64,000 nt of DNA, from positions 414,841 through 478,840 of the IMG/VR virus record IMGVR_UViG_3300044957_000763. The stretch is one strand, 5' to 3'. Position numbers and translations under genes: made by a program. The notes beneath the pieces are model-generated. The model saw only the letters and a list, made by a program, of their open reading frames with translations. It was not told the DNA's origin and searched no databases. This document shows, piece by piece, positions 26,672 to 37,236 of the stretch. The first letter of the stretch is position 1; each line of letters begins with the position of its first letter.

Positions 26672-27797
26672 GGGACTAAAAAAGTACGACTTTCTAATTG
26701 TTGGTGCCGGACTTTTCGGTGCAACATTTGCAAGACACGCAAAAGACAGTGGCAAAAAGGTTCTCGTTATAGACAAGCGAGAACACATTGCCGGTAATTG
26801 TTACGATGAGAAAAAAGAGGAAGTGTATGTCGGATTGTATGGTCCTCATTTTTTACATTGCCCAGATAAAGAAACCTGGGGGTTTGTCAATCGGTTTAGT
26901 GAATTCAATAATGTCCGAGCCAGACCAAAAGTGAACTATCAAGGGCAAATTTACAGTTTCCCAATCAATTTGATGACATTTAGTCAAGTATGGGGTGTCA
27001 CAACACCGGCAGAAGCCAGGGCGAAGATTGAGGAAGAGCGGATTTTAATTGAAAACCCGGCTAATTTTGAGGAGTTTGTGCTTTCTAAAGTGGGTCGGCA
27101 AATCTACGAAATGTTCTTTGAGGGATATACAACAAAGCAATGGGGCAGACATCCGTCAGAACTACCGGCGTCTATTGCGAAAAGAATCCCAATTAGATTC
27201 ACCTATGATGATAACTACTTTCCAGACAGTCATGTCTACCAGGGAATTCCAACACAAGGATATACTAATATGTTCAAAAATATGCTAGACGGAATTGAAG
27301 TTGAACTAGGTGTTGATTATATTTCTAACAGAAAATCATTAAGTAAAATAGCCAAGCAAGTACTGTATACCGGCCCGCTTGATGCTTTGTATCATTACAG
27401 ATACGGCAAACTTGCATATCGCAGTTTAAGATTTGAAACCGAAAGAGTTAACGGTGATTTTCAAGGAAATAGTGTAATCAATTACACAGACATCAATGTT
27501 CCATACACCAGAATCACCGAATGGAAGCACAAATACAATATGGATTGTGAATATTCATATATCACACGTGAGTATCCGGCTTCTTATGAAGAGACCGGTG
27601 AAGCGTACTACCCAATAAATGACAGCGCAAATAATGCACTACACAAAAAATACCAACAACTAGCCGACGCAGACTTGTTGTTGACTGGCGGAAGAAATGC
27701 TGACTATAAGTACTATGATATGAACATGGTTATTCCGGCCGCCAGCCGGCTTGCGGAAAAAGCCATTGGGGTAGGTAAGCGCAGCTTAAGTGTGTAA
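26670..27797 (+). CDS. glf: UDP-galactopyranose mutase
   Basis: LIVGAGLFG FAD motif, HIAGNCYD, YGPHFLH, YTTKQWG, RIPIRFTYDDNYF, YQGIP, YRSLRFE, YTRITEWKH, YYPIND, GRNADYKYYDM. Confidence 0.95.
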   Translation: MGLKKYDFLIVGAGLFGATFARHAKDSGKKVLVIDKREHIAGNCYDEKKEEVYVGLYGPHFLHCPDKETWGFVNRFSEFNNVRARPKVNYQGQIYSFPINLMTFSQVWGVTTPAEARAKIEEERILIENPANFEEFVLSKVGRQIYEMFFEGYTTKQWGRHPSELPASIAKRIPIRFTYDDNYFPDSHVYQGIPTQGYTNMFKNMLDGIEVELGVDYISNRKSLSKIAKQVLYTGPLDALYHYRYGKLAYRSLRFETERVNGDFQGNSVINYTDINVPYTRITEWKHKYNMDCEYSYITREYPASYEETGEAYYPINDSANNALHKKYQQLADADLLLTGGRNADYKYYDMNMVIPAASRLAEKAIGVGKRSLSV

Positions 27798-27800
27798 AGA
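27772..27800 (+). promoter_or_regulatory. Putative phage promoter TAGGTA-N17-TAAAGA
   Basis: Upstream of 27801; predicted +1 falls on the in-frame GTG 27807. Confidence 0.5.
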
Positions 27801-28349
27801 ATGACTGTGAACGCGGAAATCCTGTCACAAATTACCAGACTAGCCAGCGCATATGATGCGCATGGTCAATTAGAGACTGCAGACATTTTAGACGCAGTTC
27901 TAATACGCGTTGCACAGGCCACCGGACCATTCAACATGAATACACCGATGGAAGGTCGTATGCAAAAATATGACCGTTATCACGAAAAAGAGCTTGATGG
28001 TGTTGAACAAGACCGTCAAAAACACCCGAGATTAAGACCCACAGATTATGTCGATGATGGCACTACAGACGAAGACATCGGCAAAGACGAGGTAGTTCCG
28101 ACTGTTCCAAAGCGCAAGAAATTCAAAAAACCTGACAGTGAAACAATTTTTAGCATGGATGATACAGACCCAAAGAAGGGCGGAAACCCGTTCAGAATGC
28201 ACGACAAGGGCACTGCTGGTTGGGGATTCATCACATATGCACCGGATAGTGCGGGTATGTCTGGATTAGACAAATTTACTTGGGAAAACAAGCGTGGAAT
28301 TTATGACAATGCATCTGACAGATATAAACTCTTGTTGCCGCAGACTTAA
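27801..28349 (+). CDS. Hypothetical head-associated protein (N-terminal AxxLDxxG..AD motif)
   Basis: RLASAYDAHGQLETADILDAVL followed by IRVAQ; start may be the in-frame GTG at 27807. Confidence 0.55.
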   Translation: MTVNAEILSQITRLASAYDAHGQLETADILDAVLIRVAQATGPFNMNTPMEGRMQKYDRYHEKELDGVEQDRQKHPRLRPTDYVDDGTTDEDIGKDEVVPTVPKRKKFKKPDSETIFSMDDTDPKKGGNPFRMHDKGTAGWGFITYAPDSAGMSGLDKFTWENKRGIYDNASDRYKLLLPQT

Positions 28350-28371
28350 TGTGGAAACTTTCAAAAAATCG

Positions 28372-28400
28372 TAGGTGTTGTAAACACAAATTCCTAAAGG
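28372..28400 (+). promoter_or_regulatory. Putative phage promoter TAGGTG-N17-TAAAGG
   Basis: Intergenic, upstream of 28430; shares AATCGTAGGTGT with 25408-25419. Confidence 0.65.
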
Positions 28401-28429
28401 CATAGCAACACCTAGCGAGGTAAAACATT

Positions 28430-28951
28430 ATGCCCACACCAATTGGTCTAGTATCACAACAATCATCTTGGGATTACTTGACTCAAGGCCACGACAACTT
28501 TAGTCTTTCTGACATTCAAAAGAACCTGCTTGAAATGAGTGGTGTTCCCATTCGAGAAGCGTCTAAAACTGACCCAAGAATTGTTGTTGCGCTTGAGATG
28601 ATTCTCAAGAATGAATCACAGGATTTGACCGCTCTGGCAGAAGCGGTTGGTAAACCGCGACACGTATATAGCGTGCCGAGCGAAATTAGCGACTATGAAT
28701 TGATTAGCCTCAAGACTGCTGGATTAGTCCAGGGTCATGGTCGCGCAGTCAGTATTACTGACAAAGGCAAAGAAGCCATTCGTATTTATTGGCTTAACTC
28801 AAGCAATAAATACAAGGATTCTAAGTCCGCTGAGTTTGTACATCCATGGAGCAAGCAAGCGTCAAATACTGACGAAAACATTAGGACTGCATCTGTGCGC
28901 CGGCGAAAATTTGCCGATAGCAATTATCGCAAATTCCAAAACGAGGAATAA
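28430..28951 (+). CDS. Hypothetical protein with a winged-helix-like segment
   Basis: ELISLKTAGLVQGHGRAVSITDKGKEAI resembles a wHTH recognition helix plus wing; C-terminal IRTAS and RKFAD. Confidence 0.5.
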   Translation: MPTPIGLVSQQSSWDYLTQGHDNFSLSDIQKNLLEMSGVPIREASKTDPRIVVALEMILKNESQDLTALAEAVGKPRHVYSVPSEISDYELISLKTAGLVQGHGRAVSITDKGKEAIRIYWLNSSNKYKDSKSAEFVHPWSKQASNTDENIRTASVRRRKFADSNYRKFQNEE

Positions 28952-28952
28952 C

Positions 28953-29726
28953 ATGAAGTCTACACTCCATGCGCAAGCAAAAGAAATTGCTAAGGTAATG
29001 CATCGCATTGCTGCGTGGAGTAACGACTATCCAGAGCGCAAAAAGAAGAGTGCCAACCTTATCAAGCTGCCACCAGTGTTTCTTGGCGGAGACAGTGGTG
29101 AGCCGATTGATGGAAGAAAAAACCTTGAGGCTATGATAAAGGTTTTGGCAGATTATCAGGTTAGCGGTCTAACACTCAACGAATTGCCCCAACGATACGC
29201 GTCTTATGGTGGAACTGTTAAAGGCGAAGAAATAGGAACCAGACGAATTCATAACTGGATGCATCAAGTTGCATTCGGAATTCGCGCGGCGATGATTGAA
29301 ATGAACGATGACGAAGGCGACGAGGCCATACGGGTGGCATCAAACGTCGTTGAAGTTCTCGAGCAGTATCCGCTTGTATTTGTGGCAAGAGAGGGCAATG
29401 AATACCGGCCACTGAGATACGCTTCTAGAGATGCCAAAGAACGATGGTTATGCGAAGAAGTAGTACAACAAAGACTCGGTACAAACTACAACAGTTATGG
29501 CGCACAAATCACTGATGATGAATGGTGTCAAAACGGAGTTGGTATGCAGTACCGAGTGGCACACTCGTCACTCAAAAGTAGCATTGAAAAATTGGTGAAA
29601 CAGGCCCAAAAACTAGACCAACTTGGTCAGTATACAGAAGCTGACACCATAGATGAGGCTTTGTCTAAGATTCAACGAGGAAGCAACGTCTTAGATACAT
29701 TTAACAACACACAGGAAGCGAATTAA
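28953..29726 (+). CDS. Hypothetical protein (C-terminal AxxLDxxG..AD motif)
   Basis: ATG 28953 with GAGG at 28943 (the track start 28737 overlaps the previous gene); KLVKQAQKLDQLGQYTEADTIDEAL near the C-terminus. Confidence 0.6.
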   Translation: MKSTLHAQAKEIAKVMHRIAAWSNDYPERKKKSANLIKLPPVFLGGDSGEPIDGRKNLEAMIKVLADYQVSGLTLNELPQRYASYGGTVKGEEIGTRRIHNWMHQVAFGIRAAMIEMNDDEGDEAIRVASNVVEVLEQYPLVFVAREGNEYRPLRYASRDAKERWLCEEVVQQRLGTNYNSYGAQITDDEWCQNGVGMQYRVAHSSLKSSIEKLVKQAQKLDQLGQYTEADTIDEALSKIQRGSNVLDTFNNTQEAN

Positions 29727-29727
29727 C

Positions 29728-32700
29728 GTGAATATTAAGAATCTGCTTGGTAAGTTAAGCATTGGTCGTGCTGGGGTATCCACCAGCACAGGTAACATTG
29801 TGCGCACAGGTGCGCCAGAAGATGCATTTCGTTCTGGTGCTTATGAGTTTATTCGCAAAGCACAAACTGAATCCGTTGAACCCACAAAATCCAATATTGC
29901 CAAAAAGCGCATGACACATCCGGTTGTACTTGTGTCTCGATTCAAATACCCATATGTCAAAACCAAGAAAGTACCAGGCGCTGAAGAGGGCGACAAAGAT
30001 ACCAGAGTTGAAACTGGAGAAATTGGCTGGAAGACGACCGTAAACAAAGATGTTGCAGATGAAGCAGTTAATCAATTGTATGCATATGAATTGTATCTGT
30101 ATCATGACACACAAACTGGTCAAGACCTAATTATTGGACAACCAATTGAAGAATATCTTGCAAAATCACAAGCCAAGAGTCAGCAACCAGCGTTTGACTT
30201 AAATGCACCAAGTACTCCAATGGAAGAGCCTGAGTGGCGCACAGAACAAAAAGCAAAGGCAAAGGCAAAGGCAAAGCGTGCAAATAAAGCAGATATTGAT
30301 GCACTAATGCGAAGATTCTCTGCTGGAGAAGCTGCAGAAATGGATATTCCAACTGGAGATTTTTCACAAGATAGAGAAAATGAGCCAGAAAGATACCAAT
30401 TCAAAGGCAAGATTACAAGGTTTACTACACAGCCCAATGACCCAGAGGGTCAAGCTGCTAAACTGGGTGCCAAAGTCGTGCCAGCTTCTGAATTTGGTTA
30501 TCGCGCATATGAAGTAATGCCAAGTCCGGTCGCGGGCGATTTATACACAGAGCCAAACGGCGAAGATGAATCAAAAATACCAACTTGGACAAAGGGTATT
30601 CATATACCAACTGAAGAGTCTCCGTCCGCATATGGGACAAGTTTCAGATATCGGTTCTCTAATGGCGAACCGGTCCCAACACTTAACGGTGCGAAACACG
30701 TGTTGTCTGAGTTATTAAGTGTTAATGGAGAGAAGGCCGCGAAAGACCCAGGTATGAATGCAGATTTCAATATTTATGAATTCATGACTGCAAACAATCT
30801 TTGGGACCAAATGGATAATTCCGGCCGCTTGCCAGAAGGCACAAAAGCCCAAATTGATAATACCGAAGCACAAATTGAATCAATACCAGAGCTAGAACAC
30901 TTCACGCTTGGCGGCGGCTCGCTGGTAAATCTTGGTGGCAAGAAAGATTCTATTATGTCAGAAGAGAATCTTTTGGCAAGAGCACTGTGGCGATTGACGA
31001 ATCCATCTGTTTTCACTTACATCAACAATGATGGAACCGCTGCATTTAGCCCCAAGAACCCAGATGACAAAAACATTAGTCCATTGGTTGCGCTCGACAA
31101 GCAACTCCATGCTGCGCGTCAGGCGTATGTTGAACTGTTTGATTCACTTAGTCCGGCAGAAAGAAAGGTAAGTCCAGAGCTTATTGAGGCGGCAGACAAG
31201 GCCAACAAACTTGGTATCAAGTTTGTTGACACAATGGCAGCCAAATACCCGTCTAAGTTGCGCGAATTTGTACTTAAACAACCATTTGTGGGTCACGCGC
31301 CCGCTGGTCGATATGGCAAACCTGGTGAAAAAGTAGAGAGCGAATATGCGCTCAGCACTACATCACACTTATCAGACAATGGTCGAACTATTGCTACATA
31401 TGAATCAGGTGGCGGACTTCAAAAACTGAATGACGATGACAGAAAGCTGTATGCTCTTGTCAAGGCATTTGAGCGCAATGCAGACACTGCATTAAACAAT
31501 CAGGCAAGAACGCTCCATAGTCAACATCATGCCAAGTTGGAAGATTTTACATCTAAAGACGATAAATCATACAAAATTCCCACACCAAGGTCGGCTGACG
31601 GAGAGTGGTCTGAACCAGCCGGTAAGTCTATTGACTTTATTGAGCAACACTGGCTTGCAAATCACTTGTTAAGTACGGAAGACAAAAATGCAATTTCAGA
31701 ACTTCGGAAAAGCCTAGCTGCTACAGGTAAGAAATATACCTGGGGACAGGCAGCAATGGCGTATCTCAAAAATCAAGACAGATTAAAAGTAAAGAAATAC
31801 ACACAAGGTGCTGGTATGTTGGGTTCAACAGACCACTTCTTGTCGCAAGGACCTTTTACGTTTGAGATTCCTTCGTCCAATGAAGACGAAGGCGAAAATG
31901 AGCTCATAACACTAAACAGGTTTACACCACAGTCTGAAACCGCAGAAAAACTCAAGCATGAAGTGCTCAAACAGCATTTGTTTAATAAACAAGAAGTAGA
32001 ACTTGCAGAGTATTTGGCCGGTAGAGTGCCGTTTGAAAATGAAGACGATGCGCTATTTTCAATTTGGGCCAACTGGTTAATAAAGGCCAAACGCACTGAG
32101 TCAGCCAATAGGGCTGAAAAAGCTCTTGCCGCTCAAGAAGCCAAAGAAAAGTCTAAATCAGAAAATGCCAGGGGTAAACCAAGTGGCTGGCCTTATGCTT
32201 TGACATCTCAAAAATTTAGCGATGAAGAGCGCGAACAATTTGCTGGCAATCTAGAAGATTTTGTCAATACGATTAAAAACCAAGCCGGTGCGGTAATAGA
32301 CCACCATCGAAAAATGGTCTATATCAACCCAGATGGTTCTCAAGTTGAGTTGCCAAGTGCCTTGCCAGTGCAACTACCGGAAGGCGCAAGAGTTCCAATG
32401 CCAGTAAGTATGCTGAAGAGAATCAAGGACGATGATGTATTGGCACAATATGGTTTTGTGAGAATTAAAAACGCTCTATACAGTGCTGTAAACAGCCAGC
32501 CTGTAACAATGCAAGATGGCGTATTGGCTATTGGCGATGAATTGGTTCCTGTTGAATCACTGAACAATATGACGCCTAGCGACATTGTCAAAAACTACAA
32601 TATTTTCATGCGAGATGGTAAGTACTATCACGTATCTGAAAAAAATAGGGTGAGCAGTCCTGTTGTAGAGGTTATTGCACGCGGTGGTGAAAAAATTTCA

Positions 32701-35700
32701 TTGCCATCTGAGAACCTGGGTGAAAGCGGGTTGCAATTGCTTGTTAAATACGTCGAACAAACAACTCGTCAAAAGCTCGCCGGAGGACAAGTGCACGCAT
32801 TCGAATCTGATGATGACAAAATCAAGATGAATGATGTATATACTGCGATGCTTGAGAATGGAGCGTCCCCAAAAAATGCGTATCTGGAATCTAAAAAGGC
32901 TGTAATGCACGAAAAACTCAATAGTGTTGCGGTGCAGTGCTTGTCTAACGGCAAGGATGCAAGTCCACAACATATGAAAGCTGCGGAGGTTTGGATACCA
33001 AAAATAATTGAGACACTTCTCAAGGATGGTAACAAACAGTCAGTCGAAATTATCGCAGATAACTACGATGGATTGGATAATTTGATGAATGCTGCTCGGG
33101 CTGGCCGCCTAGATGTTGATGATGCTCAATATCTAGTAAATACCTACAATAATTTAACCGGAACAACCCCGCAACAAGGCGCATACATCAAACCAATAAT
33201 GCAAGCTGTTTTACTGCATGGATATCAAAAAGAATCTGTTCCTGGTTTGCCGAACAACAAATTCTGGCACATGCTAATGTCCAACGCAGGTAAGAGATTT
33301 GTAGACCGCGCGATTGATACTGAATCTGGAAATGACTTAAGTGCCCAGGCAATGTTACACTTAATGGAAAAACCGGAGTCTCCACTTGAGGGTTATGATT
33401 TGGGCAGAATTTTGCCCAAATCCACAGTATCATTGCTTGAAAAAACACTTAAGGCCGATGAGCGAAGAATGCAACGCGCAAATGGTCGATACAAGACAGG
33501 GAAAAGAACCGTTGTCGAAGAATGGCAGGCTATGCCTTTGCCAAAACTGTTGGCTAATCATATGGATTGGATTACTAATCCACAGATTTTTGGTCAAGAA
33601 ATGATTGACAATGCACACGAACTTGCTGATACAGAACTGGTTAATCAAGAACGCAAAAGACTATTCCCAGCATCATTAGAACATTTGTCTCCTGCTGATG
33701 CCAAACGATTGGAGAATATACAAAGAAATGCCACTGCAATGTATATTCTATTACAACGCCAGGCTTCTAAGCTAGAAAAGTATCCTCAACAAGACGTATG
33801 GGATATTATCATGAGCGAACCCGGCCTTGATACAAGTTCACCTGAGTGGCATGCAAAACACAAGCTAGCTCAACATGAAGCTCGTATAGAAAAAACTTCT
33901 GACTCTTTGCAAGAACAAGCCAAATTAAGAGAGCAACTATCAATCAGAAGCATGTTCGATGTTCCTGAAAATGAGCCAGTTATTAAACTTAGTAACAAAG
34001 ATGCCGAGTCTATTATTGACCAACCCATGGTTAATGCCCTGGCGTCTTCGTTAATGCATGCGCAAGATAGAGACAGGGTTAGTATTTGGGGCAGAGTTAA
34101 TCGTGCCTTTGTAGAAGAGGCAAAAAGCCAAAAGAGCAATCATGCCAAAGGGGTTGTTTATCCTAAGCATTCCGTAGCACTCACAGACACTTCGCCAATC
34201 ATGATAACAGACGACGATGGCAAAGAGCGAGATGTAACTGGATATACGCCTGAAGAGTACGAAAACATTAATAACACAGATACCAAATCGCTTTACAGTG
34301 ATGACAAGGTGTTGCCTGCTGAAATATTGGCTCGAATTAACAAAAACACACGTAGCATATTGTCTGGCAGTAGTGATGGCAATTCAAAAACTCTATTGGG
34401 CGAATTCAGACAGAAGCTAAACGAAGACCTTATGGGAGAAAACCAGGGTCAGATTACTCGTGCACAACGAGCAGAAGCCATGTACACAAAAATCTACACT
34501 ATGGTGTCCAGGCTGAGACGAAGTGTGTTAGAAGACAAAGAAACTCTGGCACACATGGATGCACGTGGTGCCAAGAAGGCATTGCTCAATAAATTGAAAT
34601 CAAATATTGAGAACGACACCAATATCTTGGCAATGGTCGAATCATATAACGTGTTTGAACACCTGGCCAAGATGATTCATTTTGGTAAGGAATTTGGCAA
34701 GAACATTGACAGGCTTACAAAATTAGACTTAGAAGAAAAATCCATTGTAGACAGACTAAAAGACATATACCCAAGTGCGCAACAATCTCCGATGGCTTCT
34801 GCAAAAATGTATGAGCCGGAAATTGCAGATAGACTTATAGAGATAGGCAAAATAAGAACTGGACTTTGCTATATGGCACAAAATAATGCAATGTCTTATG
34901 ATGAAAGTGCTAAAGAATTGTGGAACTTTGTTACTAGAACCACATACATGGACAAACGCAATATTGTGAAAGGAGAAGCCAATGATTTTGGCGTTAATAT
35001 CAGTAACGAAATCGCCAAAAATGAATCCAGGCTTTCTCAAGATGACCGAGACGAGGTTGCTAACATGGTGTTTGACAAACTTGATAAACATGCAAGATGG
35101 TTCGAAGCACCTAGTAACGAAGTGCCGGCATACGAAAGCAGTGCTATAAGGGTTAGAAACCTGAAAAACATTGAGCCACTTACCAGCGAAGACAAAGAAA
35201 TAACCAGTGATATTGATGCTGATGAATTAGCAAGATTCTTGGGTAGGCGCGGTGTGTTGTTTGCTTTAGAAATGGGCAAATTGGACGCAATTTCTGGCAG
35301 ACAAAAGACAGCCAATGTTGATTTTGGGGACGATAGCAAAGCCAGGGTTAAATACACCCAGGACTTCACGCAACCAAAAGACATGTCTTGGTTTATTCAC
35401 AACTGGCTGGAGAATGCATCGGTTTCAGATGAAGCCACTGTGCCGGGAAGAAACGGGTTAAGTGCACTTGACACTGCAATGTGCGAACTCGAAAGGAAGT
35501 TCGCCAAGCCAGGTGGTATTTATTGGACTACTAATGGAGCAGAAAACCCGCTTATTCAATACGCAAATCCGCATGCAATGGGTTACAGTTTGTTCGCAAA
35601 GTATGTTGATATGACGTCTCGTGTAACCCCTGCACCTTTAGAACAATTAATGACAGATGCGTGTAATAAGATTTCACAAGATGTTGACAGCATTCGAGCA

Positions 35701-37236
35701 AGCATTAATTACGACCAGTTGCCAGATAATTCAAAACAAAAGGTTGATGAAGCAATTTTGATTGCATCTAACGCTTACAAAAACCAAGGAATGAAATCTG
35801 CATTAATAGCAGACTACACTAAAAAGAACAATCCAACAAAGTTTGTAGGAACAGACCCACAAGTCTTTACAGATGCTAAAAATGCAGTATCTATACAAAT
35901 GGCTAATCATTATGTGATTGATGACTTAGTGCGACGGGCCTCTGAAAATCAATTGTTTGTTAACAATGGCTCCGAATGGAGGTTCTCAGAAAAGGAAACG
36001 ATAGCTTATATTGCGCACACCGTTGCATCAGAAGTTGTTTCATCAATCAAACATCTTGAGACTCCTGGCCATTGGGAATTAGCGCCGCTATCACCAGTTC
36101 AACTGTACACAGGTATTAAGCCTGGTGAAGTACTTAATACAGATGAAATTCAAGGATATATGTCGCATAGACTACTTGAATTCAAAAAAATGTTGACAGA
36201 GCAATGGAAAGTGGAAACGGTTAGTGACTTAAGCGGAACAAGTTCACATATGATAAAAATTGACCGCATTATCAATACGGCTCAAGATATACTTGATGGC
36301 TTATTGCACTCGAGCATGGGCGGAGATGGTAATGATATTGAATTACCAATGGCACAAGCCATGCAGTCGCTACATGCCAAGTCACAAACCGTTAACACTG
36401 CGTTTCAAGAAGACCTTGATGAAAAAATCAATGACCCAAGAACAAACCTAACGCAGTTCCATGATACACATGTGTTGCCGGCATTGCTTAATTCCGGGCA
36501 AGGAAATATTGAACTTGCGGCGGCAAGGGCTATGCGTCAATTGTCATCTGGTGAATCGACATGGCCAATTGTGTCAATTGGAGTCAAGTCTAAGGTCAGA
36601 CAGCGCAAGGCTGACGAGACACAAGAAGATTATGATGCGTTTCTCAATGCAGAGGCTAAGAAGGCTAAGAAAAGCGTTTCATCCTTGACTTCATACGGTC
36701 CAAAGGACATCAAGCGTATAAATTCTGATGCACTTCGAGACAATGTTATGTCTCAGAGAGTTCATGCCGTGCTTTCAAAGCAAATCTTTGATAGACTAGG
36801 GAGCTTGAAAAATGGTGGCGATTACAATTCTGCCGTTAAGAACAGTGACAGGGCGCACTTCGATAAATTGAAATCCAAAGGATATTATGGTCATTTGGAC
36901 GAGGCACCCACTGGCACTGCTGACTTCGTTCATGGAAATATTGGTGTGCTAAACCTTGATGTTTTGCATCCATTATATGAGCGACTGACTGTCGGACATC
37001 AAGTGGGAATTAGAGGTCTTACACAAGAGCAAAAAAATCAAAGAAAGCCGATAACCGAAAATGCGCCAGAGCCTTTGGCACAACCTGAAACTGTTGTAGA
37101 CGCGCAGACCCCCAGCACGCAGGCGGCAGTTATTGATAAACTAGTGCGCTATGCGACCAGGTTAGACGCAAGAGGCAGATTTGCAGAGGCCGATTTGGTT
37201 GATTCATTAATCCATAAGCTAGAGGTGGGTGTGTGA
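29728..37236 (+). CDS. Giant 2502-aa helical protein, putative internal head/ejection protein
   Basis: 7.5 kb uninterrupted ORF in the head cluster; charged and helix-rich; N-terminal IRKAQ, C-terminal RYATRLDARGRFAEADLVDSL. Confidence 0.6.
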   Translation: MNIKNLLGKLSIGRAGVSTSTGNIVRTGAPEDAFRSGAYEFIRKAQTESVEPTKSNIAKKRMTHPVVLVSRFKYPYVKTKKVPGAEEGDKDTRVETGEIGWKTTVNKDVADEAVNQLYAYELYLYHDTQTGQDLIIGQPIEEYLAKSQAKSQQPAFDLNAPSTPMEEPEWRTEQKAKAKAKAKRANKADIDALMRRFSAGEAAEMDIPTGDFSQDRENEPERYQFKGKITRFTTQPNDPEGQAAKLGAKVVPASEFGYRAYEVMPSPVAGDLYTEPNGEDESKIPTWTKGIHIPTEESPSAYGTSFRYRFSNGEPVPTLNGAKHVLSELLSVNGEKAAKDPGMNADFNIYEFMTANNLWDQMDNSGRLPEGTKAQIDNTEAQIESIPELEHFTLGGGSLVNLGGKKDSIMSEENLLARALWRLTNPSVFTYINNDGTAAFSPKNPDDKNISPLVALDKQLHAARQAYVELFDSLSPAERKVSPELIEAADKANKLGIKFVDTMAAKYPSKLREFVLKQPFVGHAPAGRYGKPGEKVESEYALSTTSHLSDNGRTIATYESGGGLQKLNDDDRKLYALVKAFERNADTALNNQARTLHSQHHAKLEDFTSKDDKSYKIPTPRSADGEWSEPAGKSIDFIEQHWLANHLLSTEDKNAISELRKSLAATGKKYTWGQAAMAYLKNQDRLKVKKYTQGAGMLGSTDHFLSQGPFTFEIPSSNEDEGENELITLNRFTPQSETAEKLKHEVLKQHLFNKQEVELAEYLAGRVPFENEDDALFSIWANWLIKAKRTESANRAEKALAAQEAKEKSKSENARGKPSGWPYALTSQKFSDEEREQFAGNLEDFVNTIKNQAGAVIDHHRKMVYINPDGSQVELPSALPVQLPEGARVPMPVSMLKRIKDDDVLAQYGFVRIKNALYSAVNSQPVTMQDGVLAIGDELVPVESLNNMTPSDIVKNYNIFMRDGKYYHVSEKNRVSSPVVEVIARGGEKISLPSENLGESGLQLLVKYVEQTTRQKLAGGQVHAFESDDDKIKMNDVYTAMLENGASPKNAYLESKKAVMHEKLNSVAVQCLSNGKDASPQHMKAAEVWIPKIIETLLKDGNKQSVEIIADNYDGLDNLMNAARAGRLDVDDAQYLVNTYNNLTGTTPQQGAYIKPIMQAVLLHGYQKESVPGLPNNKFWHMLMSNAGKRFVDRAIDTESGNDLSAQAMLHLMEKPESPLEGYDLGRILPKSTVSLLEKTLKADERRMQRANGRYKTGKRTVVEEWQAMPLPKLLANHMDWITNPQIFGQEMIDNAHELADTELVNQERKRLFPASLEHLSPADAKRLENIQRNATAMYILLQRQASKLEKYPQQDVWDIIMSEPGLDTSSPEWHAKHKLAQHEARIEKTSDSLQEQAKLREQLSIRSMFDVPENEPVIKLSNKDAESIIDQPMVNALASSLMHAQDRDRVSIWGRVNRAFVEEAKSQKSNHAKGVVYPKHSVALTDTSPIMITDDDGKERDVTGYTPEEYENINNTDTKSLYSDDKVLPAEILARINKNTRSILSGSSDGNSKTLLGEFRQKLNEDLMGENQGQITRAQRAEAMYTKIYTMVSRLRRSVLEDKETLAHMDARGAKKALLNKLKSNIENDTNILAMVESYNVFEHLAKMIHFGKEFGKNIDRLTKLDLEEKSIVDRLKDIYPSAQQSPMASAKMYEPEIADRLIEIGKIRTGLCYMAQNNAMSYDESAKELWNFVTRTTYMDKRNIVKGEANDFGVNISNEIAKNESRLSQDDRDEVANMVFDKLDKHARWFEAPSNEVPAYESSAIRVRNLKNIEPLTSEDKEITSDIDADELARFLGRRGVLFALEMGKLDAISGRQKTANVDFGDDSKARVKYTQDFTQPKDMSWFIHNWLENASVSDEATVPGRNGLSALDTAMCELERKFAKPGGIYWTTNGAENPLIQYANPHAMGYSLFAKYVDMTSRVTPAPLEQLMTDACNKISQDVDSIRASINYDQLPDNSKQKVDEAILIASNAYKNQGMKSALIADYTKKNNPTKFVGTDPQVFTDAKNAVSIQMANHYVIDDLVRRASENQLFVNNGSEWRFSEKETIAYIAHTVASEVVSSIKHLETPGHWELAPLSPVQLYTGIKPGEVLNTDEIQGYMSHRLLEFKKMLTEQWKVETVSDLSGTSSHMIKIDRIINTAQDILDGLLHSSMGGDGNDIELPMAQAMQSLHAKSQTVNTAFQEDLDEKINDPRTNLTQFHDTHVLPALLNSGQGNIELAAARAMRQLSSGESTWPIVSIGVKSKVRQRKADETQEDYDAFLNAEAKKAKKSVSSLTSYGPKDIKRINSDALRDNVMSQRVHAVLSKQIFDRLGSLKNGGDYNSAVKNSDRAHFDKLKSKGYYGHLDEAPTGTADFVHGNIGVLNLDVLHPLYERLTVGHQVGIRGLTQEQKNQRKPITENAPEPLAQPETVVDAQTPSTQAAVIDKLVRYATRLDARGRFAEADLVDSLIHKLEVGV

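Noticed and set aside
28372-28414. Inverted repeat taggtgttg/caacaccta with a 25-nt spacer
   Set aside because: Single 9-bp instance with a large loop; the left arm is already explained by the promoter motif, so it is not reported as an operator.
30750-30785. MNADFNIY in the 2502-aa protein as an RNA polymerase NADFDGD motif
   Set aside because: The DGD aspartates are absent and I found no other DxDGD in the ORF; a divergent polymerase fold still needs a structure search.
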